Shown here: piece by piece, positions 1-17,587 of the stretch
Numbering within the stretch: the first letter of the stretch is position 1
Layout of the letters: every line of letters begins with the position of its first letter
DNA from: the human T2T-CHM13v2.0 reference genome, Homo sapiens
Strand: one strand, 5' to 3'
NCBI RefSeq assembly: GCF_009914755.1
Contig: NC_060943.1
DNA: 64,000 bases
Made by a program: the position numbers and the translations under genes
Notes under the pieces: generated by a model
Seen by the model: the letters and a program-made list of their open reading frames with translations, nothing else
Told to the model about the DNA's origin: nothing
The model's database searches: none

Positions 1-320
1 CCTGGGTCACCTCAGTTGAAAGTGACCAAGGCCAAATATTTCGTCCCATGCTTCCCAGGGACAACATAATCATATCCCCTGTCTTTGAAAAACCCAATCT
101 GAAACTGTGTCACTAACCTCCAAATTAAAGAATCCGAGCATGGAAGCTCTAGAACGTATGGTCCAGTGTGGCAGCCACTATAATATCTAAGTGTAAAATA
201 CATAGCAGTTGCAAAGACTTAGTACAAAAAGAATGGAAATGTATTAACAGTTTTTTATATTGATTACATGTTGAAATGATATTTTGGTTTAAATAAAATA
301 TTAAAATTAGTTTTACCTGT
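1..320 (+). terminator. Probable 3' UTR end and poly(A) signal (AATAAA 292-297) of the upstream gene, likely ZNF507
   Basis: AATAAA followed by a T/GT-rich tract; the gene assignment rests only on recalled synteny. Confidence 0.4.
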
Positions 321-388
321 TTCTTTAGCTACTAAACAGTTTTAAATTACATATGTGGCTTACATTATATTTCTTTTGGACAGCGCTG
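156..388 (-). mobile_element. MER33-like hAT/Charlie DNA transposon
   Basis: Ends ...ttggacagcgctg; internal tatattgattacatgttgaaatgat matches MER33. Confidence 0.7.
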
Positions 389-401
389 GTACAGAAGAGA
401 G

Positions 402-612
402 ATTAGCAAACTAGGGCCCTCTCTTCAAAGCCAACCTGCCACCTGTTTTGGCAAATAAAGTTTTATTGGCACACAGCCATGCTTTTGTGTGTGTACATAT
501 CATATATGGCTATTTTCAAGGTACAACAGCAGCACTGAGTAATTGTGACAGAGACTCTATGGCCCACAAAACCTAATTTACCACCTATCTGATAGAAAAA
601 GTCTTCTGACTA
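402..612 (+). mobile_element. MER58A-like DNA transposon
   Basis: ccacctgttttg..aaataaagttttattgg.acacagccatgc signature. Confidence 0.7.
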
Positions 613-1879
613 GACCTCTGAACTAGAACAATGGTATAATTTGTGCTCTAGAGCTACCAGGAAGAAAACGGCTTTTTACAAAGAAAGCTTTTTATAGTAG
701 TGCTTTATAACTAAATTAGTTTCTTCCTTTGTAATTTTTATAGTCTACCTGTCTACAGATTTTAACCATATTTTATGACTTTAACCTATTCCATCGCTGA
801 TATTTAAAGCCAGTTTGAAATAACAATGCATAATTAAATAATAAACTAATTCAAAATGCAGCTATAAAAAGTCTCGCTTGCCTCCTGACAGCTTTACGGT
901 GTTGATGTTGGCCCCCACGGCTTCACCCTGTCAGTGGTGTGGGACTACAGCACATGGCCTGCAAATGTAACCATGGTGCAACGTAACCCCAGTGACTAAT
1001 CCACTTGGCTGGGGTGACAGTTGAATTGAATAATCCAGGATATAAAGAAAAGAGTCTTAAATGCACCTCTTTATAATGAATAGCATGTGCAACTCCAAAG
1101 CCAGCTTCAAAGGTAGGGAGGAGGTGGTAGTTGGCTTTGGTCTAGAGCTGTTGATTAAACTGGCAGAGCTACGAAAAAGTCCATACTCTTATACATAGAT
1201 TTCTTCCAAGTCAATCAGTGAATATGTAAAATGAGAACATTTTTGGCCCTGTAAATTCATAGAGAAGTTACTAATTGGTGCCATACGATAGACTGACTTA
1301 GGTAGTGTGTTTTGGTGTGTATCTCAGAATCCAAATCAGCGGAGCATGAAATGCTGAAACCATTTCCAGAGACCTATGTGTACAGCACAATCCAGTTTGC
1401 ATGCTGTGCTAGGGGACTATAGACCTCATTTTTCTAGTGGTACATTAATAAATATACTGTATCTAGTTTTATTTGAACTGTTTATAAGATTATGACAGCT
1501 TTGGTTTCTTTAATCTCCTGATTTTTTTTCCAATAATGGGTAATCAGTTTAAAGCGTTTGCCTTACCAAAGTAGATTATGTAGGTAAGAAGGTTTTCTTT
1601 TGAATTAAAAAGTTTAATGTCAGGCATCTAATATAAATTCTTACTGGCATATAACAAAATCGTATCACGTGTTGGTGGCTTTTTGCTCCCTAACTAACTA
1701 AACCAGATTTACACCAGTTGTGTTACTTAATCCAGATAGAAAAGGTGTCATTCTGTAATAATTTGTAAAAATGCATATAAGACAGGTACTTCTACAATGG
1801 GGTGTTTGTTTTAAAAGGATTCTACATATTAGGTAAATGTGGAAAAAACATCTTAAAACATCTTTAAAAAAAAAATTGT

Positions 1880-2226
<347 letters not shown>

Positions 2227-3014
2227 CTAGTTCACCTTTCTGATTTCTCAGCTTTGTACTTTGTTAAAAGGAAAAACAAAAAAGAATATTTATAATTACC
2301 CATGTTACTACCATGGATTCATCAGTAATAATCAAGTATGGTTTTAAAATGAGAAAGTATGTTATCTTAAATGTATACACAATGGAAAGCTGGACCTGAA
2401 TAGACCCTCAACAAAATAAAACATTCATTTTTCAGGACTTTTATTAGCACCTACTAGTGACGTTTAAAGGCTTATTGTCACAACTGTGCACATCTCCAAT
2501 TTTTTTTCTACTTGTCATCTTTAGTATCCATATTTCAGAAATAATGTGGCTGTGTTTTACTGAAATAGGCACATCAATCCACATCTTGTTCTTTTTGTTT
2601 ATATCTGCAGTCCCATTTAAATTCAGTATTTCCAACCACAAACGGTGTTAGAAAATTCTATTTCCAGCTTATGAGAAAAAGTACAGCAGGATATGGTTCA
2701 AAGCTTAAGCTGTATTTATTTCTGCTCTTCCAGAGCTAGCATTCCACACAAAAAAAGTTATGCTGAAATAAACAGTGGTAGGAAACCAGTGGTTTCAAGG
2801 CTATCTGCACTTTCTAAAACCCTTCTCCATGTGAAACCTGGGAACACAGTTGGTGCGGCTATGCCTCCCTGGAATGATGATACTGGAGTCCACCACAGTT
2901 CCATCGCAGAGGTGAAAAACTCTAACATGAGGCTCTTCAGCATTTGGGCCCACCTGGAGCAACCCTGTGCTCAGCCTGCAAATGCAGACAAAAACTTCAG
3001 TGTACTGACAGTTG

Positions 3015-3750
<736 letters not shown>

Positions 3751-3778
3751 AGTATACCTGCAAACCAGTCCAAATGCT

Positions 3779-3830
3779 AGTCAGGTGCCATCTTCAAGTC
3801 AGGTGCTATCTTCAAGTCAGGTGCCATCCT
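3779..3830. repeat. 18-bp tandem repeat, about 3 copies
   Basis: Unit agtcaggtgc(c/t)atcttca. Confidence 0.85.
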
Positions 3831-3959
3831 GCAGGCCCAAGGCATAGCTTACTAGTTCTATCGAGTGGCCTCGTGATCAGGTAGGAAAACCAAATCAGCA
3901 CTTGTCTTTAACCATAATCCACGATGAAACTTACTCTTGAAAGATAAAGTGGAACAAAG

Positions 3960-4250
<291 letters not shown>

Positions 4251-4465
4251 AAGATAAAGTGGAACAAGAGCTTCATAGCCATATTCCTAACTAGGTTATA
4301 CCTTACAAAACTAACAAGAATACATATGGACATGAGATACAAAGGGCATGATCGCTAATTAAAACCCTAAAACAGTAACACCTATCTACTGTAAACAGAC
4401 AAGTCAGCTGCACCTATACATTGTATTAAATACCGTAAGAGTTTTTGAAATTCAAGAAGACATCA

Positions 4466-4711
4466 GGCCAAGTACAGTGGCTCACTGTAATCCCAGCATT
4501 TTGGGAGGCAAAGGCAGGAGGATCGCTTGAGGCCTGGCGTTCCATACCAGCCTGGGCAACATGGTGAAACCCCATCTCTACAAAAATAAAAATTAAAAAA
4601 TTAGCCTGGTGTAGTCCCAGTTACTCGGGAGGCTGAGGTGGGAGGATCGTTTGAGCCTGTAGTGAACTGTGATTGCACCACTACACACCACCCTGGTTGA
4701 TAGAGCAACAT
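4466..4711 (+). mobile_element. Old Alu (J-like)
   Basis: Diverged dimer. Confidence 0.85.
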
Positions 4712-5097
4712 GAAAGAAAAGAAAGAGAAAGAGAAAAAAAAAAAGGAAAGGAAGGAGGGAGGAAGGGAGGCAGGGAGGAAAGAAGGGGGAGGGAGAGGAA
4801 GGAAGGAAGGAAGGAAGGAAGAAAGGAAGGCAGGCAGGCAGGCAGACGAGGGGAGGGGAGGGCAGGGGAGGGGAGGGGAAGGGAAAGAAAGAAGGAAAAA
4901 GAAAGAAGAAAGAAAAGAAAAAGAAAAAAGAGAGGGAAAGGGAGGGAGGGAGGAAGAAAGGAAAAGAAGAGTGAGAAGAAAGAAAAGGAAGAAAGGGAAG
5001 GAAGGAGGAAGGGGAGGAAGGGGAGGGAGGAAGGAAAGGAAGGAAGGGAAAGGGGGAGGGAGAGAGGGAGGGAGGAAGGAAGGAAGGAAGGGAGGGA
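4712..5097. repeat. About 385-bp polypurine (GGAA/GAAA/GGGA) tract grown from an Alu tail
   Basis: Nearly pure A/G on the + strand. Confidence 0.95.
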
Positions 5098-5516
5098 CTA
5101 ATGGTGTGCCTGACGCCATACACATCAACCTTAACCTTCAAAAGAATGTACTTTTCACATGAGTAATGGCAGGTACTGCCAGTTGTTCCTCAACATCCAT
5201 TCTTCTATGATCACAGAATTTTTAGCTGGGCACAAAGCTGCCCAGGTAGGCTGTATTTCCCAGGCTTCCTTGTAGCTACATGAAGCCATGTGACCAAGTT
5301 ATGGTTCATGGGATATGAGTAGTGATACATGAAACTTCTGAAGATATCACGCCAGGCACAGTGTCTCATGCCTGTAATCGCAGTACTTTGGGAGGCCAAG
5401 GAGGGAGAATCACTTGAGGCCAGGAGTTCAAGACCAGCCTGGGCAACATGGTGAAACCCCATCTCTACAGAAAAATACAAACATTAGCCGGGTGTGGTGA
5501 CACACGCCTGTAGTCC

Positions 5517-6295
5517 TGTTACAGTAGGCAAACAGCTAGACATGAGCAGGAGGGGGAGCCCCTGAGAAAAGGAAGGTCTGGGAAGCCTCATGCCCAAGGA
5601 CCACCCAAAATTTGCTAATTATTAACATCTCTAATGGTGGAGGGGGTGGGCAATGAGTCCAGTGTGAGCAAGGAGGAGGGTAAATACCTATGCAGAAAGG
5701 AGCACCCCTTAAGACTCCTAGTAATCACCCACTCTTCAGTTAACCTCTCAGAATGTCACTAGCTGTGTGCTGATAAGGAGGGAAAGAGGGCAAAGCAGAA
5801 ATTCCTAAGAGATACCAGGTGCAATAAATATAGATCTGACCTCTATACAACCTCCTGGGGTGGCGGCAATGAGCAATGCAGCCATTTGGTAGAGTTCATA
5901 CCCAACACCGGCCACACATACCCACCAACTAGTAGTAAGAGAGGGTCCCGTGAGCCTGGGAGGGAATGCGGCAGGGATAAAGGCAGGGACTTAAGGCAGA
6001 AGCAGGGAAACTAGACAAAGAAAAAAGGCAGGGACTTAAGACAGAGGTGGGAACTTCCAGAAAAAAATCTGACATCATTAAAACCCACCGCAGAATTCTC
6101 GGGGTGGCTGCTGGCTCATTCTGTCTCCACAGCTGGCTCTGCCTCATCTTTCAGAGTATTCTGTCTCTCTAAATAAACTCTCTGCTCTCTATTTTCCTTC
6201 AATCAATTCTCTCTTTTTTGGCTAAACTGCCTCGTGGCCAAATTCCTTCTCCCAAGGAAGACTAAGAGCTGAGGACTCTGCCCTTCCAGGTAACA
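5517..6295 (+). mobile_element. ERV1 solo LTR (MER50-like) inserted into an Alu (5350-5516, 6296-6432)
   Basis: TGTTAC...GTAACA termini, AATAAA about 6172, Alu sequence resumes at the breakpoint. Confidence 0.8.
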
Positions 6296-6749
6296 CCCCC
6301 AACTACTCAGGAGGCTGAGGTGGGAAGATTGCTTGAGCCCAGAAGGTCAAGGCTACAATGAGCTGTAATTGCACCACTGCACTCCAGCCTGGGCAACAGA
6401 GTGAGATACTATCTCTAAAAATAAAAATAAAAAATATTTTTCTAAAAAAGAGATTAAATGAATCTAGGATCACAGAGTTCAAAGTTGGCTGAGAAAATAT
6501 ACCAGTTGTCCTTGAAACATTCACTGTATTTGATGGCTATCTTTTCTCTAAACATATTGTAATGCAAATATAAAATTGTTTTGTTTTATAAAACAATAGA
6601 ATACATCAGCTGAAGTTACCCCCAAAAGAAATGAAAGAAACTTCTGGGTGTGCCCTCAAAATTAAGGGGAGTTCCACCTCCCCTTCTTTCTCTGTTCTGC
6701 CACCTGTTATGTAAATGTTATGATCACTGACTATGAGAACAAGCACAGG

Positions 6750-7510
6750 ACAGAACTCCTAAAACTCAACAACAAAACCCAATTCAAAAACGGGCAAAGG
6801 ACTTGACTAGACATTTCTCTAAAGAAGATCTACAGATGGCCAACAAGTACATGGAAAGATGCTCAACATCACTAATCATTAAGGAAATGGAAATCAAAAC
6901 TGCAATGAGATACCACCTCATACCCATTAGGGTGACTACTATCAAAACATAAAAAAGCAGAAAATAATAAAGTGTTGGTAAAGATGTGGAGACACTAGTA
7001 CCCTTGTGCACCATTGGTGAGAATGTAAAATGGTACAATCACTGTGGAAACAGTATGGTGGTCTAATGGGCACAGAGTTTCAGTCTTAGAAGATGAAGAG
7101 TTTTGGAGGTATATGCTGGTGATGGTTGCACAACATTATGAATGTAATACCACTGAACTGGACATTTATAAATAGTTAAGATCAGGCAGGCGCAGTGGCA
7201 ATCCCATCACTTTGGGAGGCCAAGGCGGGCAGATCACTTGAGGTCAGGAGTTTGAGACCAGCCTGGCCAACATGGTGAAACCCCATCACTACTAAAAATA
7301 CAAAAATTAGCCAGATGTGGTGGCGGGCGCCTGTAATCTCAGACACTTGGGAGGCTGAGGCACAAGAATCGCTTGAACCCAGGAGATGGAGGCTTCAGTG
7401 AGCCGAGATCACAGCCTGGGCAACAGAGCAAGACCTTGTCTCAAAAAAAAAAAAAAAAAAAAGGTTAAGAAGGTAAATTTTATGTTTTTTTGCCACAAAA
7501 GAAAAATTTT
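6750..7510 (+). mobile_element. L1M 3' fragment interrupted by an Alu (7183-7462)
   Basis: L1 ORF2-end/3'UTR motifs (aaaagatgctcaacatcact). Confidence 0.8.
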
Positions 7511-7879
7511 TTAAAAAACAACTGTGACATTTTTGTTGGAAGGACCCTGGGTCCCTGACATTGTGGAACCAGACTGCTTACATGACAGAAATAAACATCA
7601 TTTCAGCCACTGTCTTTTGGGTCAGTACTGAACCCTCAGCTCTTATTTCCAGTCTGCCCCACCATTTACATATAGAGAAATACATTAAAGGGAAAAGTAA
7701 ACCACCAGGATTCTGCAAGGATCCAACCACCAAACCCTAGTCTACATCGGTGTTTCCACCTTTATTTCATTACCATCCTCCTAAGCCCTTCAAGGCATTT
7801 TTCCCAATTAATTTCCCCACCCATGACACAGAAGTACTGTATTGTTTATCTTTCTAGGTACTGTAAGTGTATCTATGCT

Positions 7880-8180
7880 TTTTCCTTTTTTCTTTATTTT
7901 GGGACGGAGTCTTGCTCTGTCACCCAGGCTGGAGTGCAGTGGCGTGACATTGGCTCACCACAACCTCCGCCTCCAGGTTTAAGCAACTCTCTTGCCTCAG
8001 CCTCCTGAGTAGCTGCATCTACAGGCACGTGCCACCACACCTGGATAATTTTTGCATTTTTAGTAGAGACGGGGTTTTGCCATGTTGACCAGGGTGGTCT
8101 CTAACTCCTGACCACAGGTGATCTGCCCACCTCGGCCTCCCAAAATGCTGGATTACAGGCATGAGACACAGCGCCAAGTC
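7880..8180 (-). mobile_element. Alu
   Basis: Reverse dimer, TSD-like atctatgcttt. Confidence 0.9.
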
Positions 8181-9153
8181 TGTACATCTATGCTTTATAC
8201 ATAAAAATAGTAATTTTTTTCAACCCCCAGGGACCAGTTTTTTCCCACTGGGGGGTCATATTGCCATAGGGAATTCACCCTTGTATTTAAATGAACTGGT
8301 TTAATGAAGATAGTTACAGGAAAAGCTATTTATTTCAAACCTCATTTCCTGGTATCTTGACTGAACATCCAAAAGGGTCAAGAGATTGTGATGAGAAACC
8401 TGTGAGAGGAGGCTGGATTTGTTACCTCTATCACGTGGAGAATCACTAAAGTACAACAAAATCAACTCAGTACAGCTAGACTCCATCTAGCTGTTGGGAT
8501 AGTTTCCATCTCAGAGCTTTTGGACCTGGACAGTTGCAATCAAACCTGTGGACTTTATGCATAAGGAGTCCTTTGGGTTAGCTCATCTCTGTCCACCAGT
8601 TGACTCAGGAAGGTTTGTGGGGAGCACTTGATAAGTGTTAGTGAAAATCCAGCCCTGCACTAGATTAGCCATAATTTAAGGCATGATAAAATGTCTGAAT
8701 TCGAGAGTGTTAGAAACACATCCTTTTCTGGCTGAAAGTCCTGCTTACAACAGGGAAAAAAAAAAAAAAAAAAAAGTCCCAGGCCTGACAATATGCCTTG
8801 GCATCTATTAGTGGGAAAAATCTGCTGCTGAGATTTGTGGACACATGTGTACATGCCTGTTTTGCAGGAAATGACATTACAGCAGTCCAAGGAAACAAAC
8901 CAGAAGGACCAGCCAAGGACACTGATTCTCGGACTAACATCTAGAGAATCAGCACATGTGGCAAAAGCTTATGCAATAAAACATCATCATCTGCTTTAAC
9001 TGAATACCTTACCTATTCGTGTCCTCATTCAAAAATACACAACAGTTATTCTAACCATGGAAATGGAAAAAAGTGTAGGTGGTAACCATGGAAATGAAGA
9101 AAGTACAGACAAGTAGAGGTAAGCAGAGAAGCAGGTGTTAAAGAAGAAAATGA

Positions 9154-9602
<449 letters not shown>

Positions 9603-9798
9603 TTAAAAGAAAATGAAACAAAAATTCCATATGTAAATACTTTGTGAACTTTACATTTTATAGAATCCTTGGATTTGTGCACCTACGCTAATCTGTCTAA
9701 AAATTTCACTATTTTAAAGCACTACAAATCTAGTTAATATAAAGTTGAACAAAGGAAGAGAAAAAACACAAACAATATTTCATAATGCTTTTTCTGAA

Positions 9799-10448
9799 TG
9801 TTCCCGGACCAAATCGAGGGTCAGGCTGCTTATTCTCACAGCCCAATAATGAGACGCAGATGAACTGGGAAAGGAGGGAGTTTATTTCTGTAACTGGATA
9901 CAGGGAGAAGGCCTAGAAATTATCCCCAGACCAACTCAAAATCACAGTGTTCCAGAGCTTATATACCTTCTAAGCTATATGTCTGTGTGTAAGTGTGCAT
10001 TCATCTACAGACATAAGTGGTCGACTTTTTCTGATCTCTAACTAAGATCTGAGTCCTGAAGACCTTCCCCTGGAGCCTCAGTAAATTTATTTAATCTAAA
10101 TGGGTCCAGGTGCTGGGGTGATTACCCTTATCTTGTTTCCTGCTAAATCATGGTTTGGGGAGTTCCTTCAGACCCCAATAAACTTGCCTGTGGAGGCCTG
10201 GGGAGTTTCTTCAGACCCCCAATAAAACCTGTATAATCCCAAACGGGTCCTGTGGAAAATTCCTCATTATCTTGTCATGCTTCAAGGCCCAGGAAAGGCC
10301 AGGGCAGAACTCTTGGTGGGCTTTTGTTACATTCCAGCATTTGTATAGGGCACTGGCTCTATCAGCTTTTAATATTTAACTTCGCCACTCAGTCAGTACT
10401 GAAACGGTTGTCATGGAGGCCTGCATTAGTGAGACCTGGCCTGCCACA
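9799..10448 (-). mobile_element. ERV1 solo LTR (MER51-like)
   Basis: TG...CA termini with perfect 4-bp TSD TGAA (9795-9798, 10449-10452). Confidence 0.85.
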
Positions 10449-10762
10449 TGAAGACTCACAGAGGAGAAGCCATCTATTGACAAACATTTTAAAGGAGGGA
10501 AAGAGGAATCCAATGTGATGTCAGTGACTGTGGGACTCTGGAATGATGCGAGCATAGAGGAAGCTCATCCCTGACACTTGGCCTGGGTTCCCTAAGACCC
10601 ACGCATGCCAAGCCAATCTCAGAGGACTGCCATAGACAGGCCCCACCTCTGTGGTCTCTGACATGAGTCATACACAGTGTGTGTAAAACAATCCAATGGA
10701 ATGTATGCAGAAAACACTAGGATTTCCACGTGTAGTCACTTTGCTTAAAAATATGTTTATAT

Positions 10763-13330
<2,568 letters not shown>

Positions 13331-13512
13331 GTATTGGTTATCTATCATTGTACAAAATTACCCCCAAAACTTAGTGGCTTAAAAAAACAATGTACATTTA
13401 TTATCCTCATAGTCTCTGTGTGTCAAATACTTGGGAGTGGCATAGATGGGCACTTCTGGCCCAAGATCTCTTATGCCGCCATCTGAAGGCTGACCTGTAG
13501 CTGGCCGATCTA

Positions 13513-13573
13513 TTAGGTTGGTGCAAAAGTAATCTTGGTTTTTGCCATTACTTTTAATGTCCCACCAACCTAA
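13513..13573. mobile_element. MADE1 (Hsmar1 mariner MITE), internally deleted, inside an MLT1-type LTR (about 13332-13830)
   Basis: ta-TTAGGTTGGTGCAAAAGTAAT...CACCAACCTAA-ta. Confidence 0.85.
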
Positions 13574-14493
13574 TACTTCCAAGATGGCTCACTCCCATGG
13601 CTGCCAAGGTGGTGCAGGCTGTTGCCTACGTGGCCTTCTCTACAGGCAGTTTGAGTGTCCTCACTACATGGTGGCTGCCATCCCCGCTAAGTGAGCAATC
13701 CAAGAGAGGCTAAGGCTGAAACTGGGATGTCTTTTATGACTTAGCCTCAGAAGTCCCACACTGTCACTTCCACGGTATTCTGTTGTTCACAAAGAAAAAC
13801 CATGATTCTGTGGAACCGGATACTGTATGAGGATAAACATGAGGCAGCACAGATCGTGTAAGCTGAGGTCTAAAGGCTGAAGAGTACCTAGTCAATTAAA
13901 GAGGGTTTAAGACTTTTTATAAGCCACGTGACAAACCTCTGACAGAGGTTTATGTGAATAGAAAGTGAAGGAGAGGTTGAAGAGGGAAACAGAGCCTGAT
14001 TCGTGGCAGTCCTTACAAGCTGTGTCATGGAGCTTAATTTTTATAATAAAGCCAAAACGCCTCCAAGGGATTTATATTTTAGTAAGATCACTATGGTTAT
14101 TACATACAGGTAAATGGACTACGGTGGTGGCAACAGAGATGAGCAAAGTGAACAAGATCTGAGGTATTTACGAGATAAATGCCAACAGGACTCAATGGAT
14201 GATTGGATGTGTGGATTACACAATAGAGAGGAATCAAGGATGGCTTCTAGGCTCTTGATTTGAGCAATAAGGTAAATGGAGCACACAGAAGGAACCGCAA
14301 GTGTGGGGATTAGAAAAAGGTTTAACATGTTGAGTTTGAGGTGTTTACACACATGGAAATGTCCAATAGGCAGTGGACATATGGCACCTGGAGACCAGGA
14401 GATACACCTGGACATAAAAACAGGAGTTATCAGAGTATCAGTGGAAATCAGATCCACGGGCCACAGAATCATTGATTTTTAAGAGGAAGAGGA

Positions 14494-14922
14494 GGCCAGG
14501 CATGGTGGCTCATGCCTGTAATCCCAACAATTTGGAAGGCTGAGGCAAGAGGATCGCTGCAGCCCAGGAGTTTGAGACCAGCCTGGGCAACAGAGAGACC
14601 CCCTGCCACCCCCAATCTTTACAAAAAAATTTTTAAAAAATTAGTCAGGCATGGTGGTGCATGCCTGTAACCTAGCTATTCTGGAAGATGAGATGGGAGG
14701 ATTGCTTGAGCCTTTGAGAGCAAGGCTGCACTGAGCCATGATTCAGCCACTGCACTCTAGGCTGGATGACACAGTAAGTCCTCTTTCCAAAAAGGGAGAA
14801 GGGAGGAGAAGAAGAAAGAAGAGAGGAGGAGGAGGAAGAACAGGAGGAAGAGGAAGAAGAAGGAAGAGGAAGAAAGAAGAAAAGAAGAAAGAAGAGAAAG
14901 AGAAGGGAGGAGGGAGGAGGAG
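14494..14922 (+). mobile_element. Alu followed by a GA-rich tract (14790-14922), within an L2 fragment
   Basis: Alu dimer then (GAA/GGA)n. Confidence 0.85.
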
Positions 14923-15049
14923 TAGCTGCATGAAACTTAAAAGGAATGCCTGAAAGGTAGACAGAGGAAACACGCACAGTCTGTTGTCACAGAAGGCAGG
15001 AATGATGGAGAGTGTTTATACTAAGTCAAACAATTGAAAAATGAACACT

Positions 15050-15352
<303 letters not shown>

Positions 15353-15700
15353 TTTTAAAATGAACATCATGTATCAGACAGGAAAAAGCCAGTAAGACGG
15401 AAGAACTCACACCCTCGGGATCCCAAGACAAGATACTTCCATGGGATGGATGTAATGAACAGTGTTAAAAGATTTCTGGTGCAGTGCTTCTCAAAGTGTG
15501 ATGTACACATAAATGACCTGGGGGTCATATTAAAATGCAGATTTTGGCTACACAGGTCTTGGGTAGGACCTGAGACCTGGCTTTTCTCAGAAGACCCCAG
15601 GTGATGCCCATGCTGCACAGCCCACAGACCACATGTTGAGTAACAAGGTTCTGCTGTGGTTCCCAAACTTTTCCGAGCACAGAATTATCTGGAAAACTTC

Positions 15701-16093
15701 TGTACTAGTCCATACAGCTATACATACTGCTATAAAGGATACTGCTACAAAGAATGCCCAAGACTGGGTAATTTATAAAGGAAAGAAGTTTAATTGACTC
15801 ACAGTTCAGCATGGCTGGGGAAGCCTCAGAAAACTTACAAACATGGCAGAAGGCAAAGGGGGAAGCAAGGCACTTTCCTCACAAGGAGGCAGGAAGAAGT
15901 GCTGAGCGAAGAGGCAAGATCCCCTTATAAAACCATCACATCTTGTGAGAACTCACTATCATGAGAACAGCATGGGGGAAGCTGCCTCCATAATTCAATT
16001 ACCTCCACCTGGTCTCTCCCTTGAAAGGTGGGGATTATGGGAATTACAATTCAAGATGAGATTTGGGTGTGGACATAAAGCCTAACCATATCA
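15701..16093 (-). mobile_element. MaLR solo LTR (THE1/MST) inserted into a MER5-like element
   Basis: TGTA...ATATCA termini, perfect 5-bp TSD ACTTC. Confidence 0.85.
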
Positions 16094-17138
16094 ACTTCTT
16101 AAAGATTAGTGGTCCCCTAGCCCTACAGATTCTAAATTGAGTAGGCGTGGGGTAGGGCCTGATAACATGCATTTCTTAACAACCTCCCAAGTGATGGTGA
16201 CAGTGACGCTGCAGATCCCCAGACCACACTTTTGAGATGCACAGCACAACTATTTGTGGCCCTGGCAGAGACAACCAGGGAGACTATTTAGGCTTCTAAA
16301 CCTACTGCAAACCGGAAGTCTTGCTATATACCACCACTGCAGTCACAGTCCATTACAGGAGCCCATTCCTTTTATAGTACCTCCCTGGCTCCGGGCTCAT
16401 ATGGCCAGAAGTGTGAGCAAGGACCTACACTCATTATCCATCACCTCCATGGTTACTTTATCAGAACCAAAGACTCATTCTTAATTGGCTTATTCTCCCC
16501 AAGACTTACTCTCAGCAGTAGGTCCTACTTAGGAAAAGTCTCAAAGCTTCATCTTGCTTAGGAATGTCTTTTCATAGTATTAAAAAAAGCAGCTACTGCT
16601 GAATTCTACTTTCTTTTTAACTAAGCGATGATATTTCACAATGGTCACATTTCCCCCAGAGTGAAACAACTTGAGAGAAAAAAAAAAAACCTATAAAATA
16701 AGAGGGAAATCCTATTTAAGGGGAACTCAATTCACCTATGTATTCATGAAACAGACACATGCACATAAAGGCATCTTAACGTGAAAAATAAACATACAGT
16801 CCTTGCCCTCAAGCCAGGCGACAGAAAAGCTACCAACAACCAGGCTGAAACAAGACAAATGCCATCTGAAAAAACAGCTGACATTTGTTTCTATCAAAGC
16901 CATCCAGCAGATACCTCAATATCTTTCCACAGAACGTGTGCTCTTTACTAACAACCGACACACAAAGGAGGACGATCTCCAACAGAGGTGACTAGGAAAG
17001 GCTTCCTGGATGGCGTAATTTAGTGTTGGAGTCAGACCAATGAGCCGCCTTTTCACGGGTGGAGGTCCCAGATGGCCATCCCTTTAACAAAAATCAATTA
17101 ACATGTAAATTATGTACTGACAAATACAACGTTTGATG

Positions 17139-17587
<449 letters not shown>

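Noticed and set aside
3779-3830. Short repeat array resembling CRISPR
   Set aside because: Head-to-tail 18-bp repeat with no spacers, in a eukaryotic context
4593-5162. Four overlapping 142-182 aa ORFs
   Set aside because: Translations of the polypurine simple repeat
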